From a virus (Duplodnaviria; Caudoviricetes), in IMG/VR virus record IMGVR_UViG_3300033417_000023, positions 1-42,344 of that record: DNA of 42,344 nt, one strand, 5' to 3'. Position 1 is the first letter of the stretch. Every line of letters begins with the position of its first letter. The notes beneath the pieces are model-generated. The model was not told the DNA's origin, made no database searches, and saw only the letters and a program-made list of their open reading frames with translations. The position numbers and the translations under genes were made by a program. This document shows, piece by piece, positions 42,149 through 42,344 of the stretch.

Positions 42149-42344
42149 ACGGGTACGGGTACGGGGACGGGGACGGGTCCGGGTCCGGGTCCGGGTACGG
42201 GTACGGGTACGGGTACGGGGACGGGTACGGGTACGGGGACGGGTACGGGGACGGGTCCGGGTCCGGGTCCGGGTACGGGTACGGGGACGGGTCCGGGTAC
42301 GGGTACGGGTACGGGTACGGGGACGGGTACGGGTACGGGGACGG
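42145..42344 (+). CDS. Gly-X (GY/GD/GS) repeat protein, truncated
   Basis: GTGA overlap; MNGYGYGDGDGSGSGSGY... stays open to the window end. Confidence 0.6.
   Translation, partial: MNGYGYGDGDGSGSGSGYGYGYGYGDGYGYGDGYGDGSGSGSGYGYGDGSGYGYGYGYGDGYGYGD
42151..42344 (+). repeat. hexamer tandem repeat GGG(TAC/GAC/TCC)
   Basis: 32 complete units up to the window end. Confidence 0.95.

Noticed and set aside
1-42344. Integrase/att site, tRNA genes, DNA or RNA polymerase, stop-codon reassignment
   Set aside because: None recognised by eye; TAA, TAG and TGA all end well-coupled genes. Both ends are truncated, so absence from the genome is not established.

Overview
High-GC, near-complete tailed dsDNA phage or prophage, most likely a temperate podovirus-type. 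No tape-measure, tail-tube or sheath gene is recognisable; instead there are a head-tail adaptor, a nozzle and three large ejection proteins. Order along the window: truncated GroES-like gene, scaffold and portal (- strand), divergent from the large terminase (+); a short + operon with a highly structured intergenic RNA; a long - strand late operon (small terminase, VRR-NUC nuclease, major capsid, adaptor, tail fibre, lysis genes, nozzle, ejection proteins, second fibre cassette) interrupted by one + strand lipoprotein metalloprotease; an RHH regulator; a leftward early operon (small lipoprotein, LexA-type DNA-binding domain, modular coiled-coil protein); and a rightward replication/recombination operon (initiator, helicase loader, sigma70 region-4 HTH, Cas4-like nuclease, RecT) ending in a (GGG-NNC)n repeat. 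The most striking feature is a 1811-aa ejection protein carrying ADP-ribosyltransferase, ParB-like and HipA/PI3K-like kinase domains. These are separated by hydrophobic linkers, two of which share 23 identical residues encoded by synonymously diverged DNA. A myxobacterial-style lipoprotein motif hints at a Myxococcota host. All annotations come from reading motifs and synteny by eye; no database searches were run.
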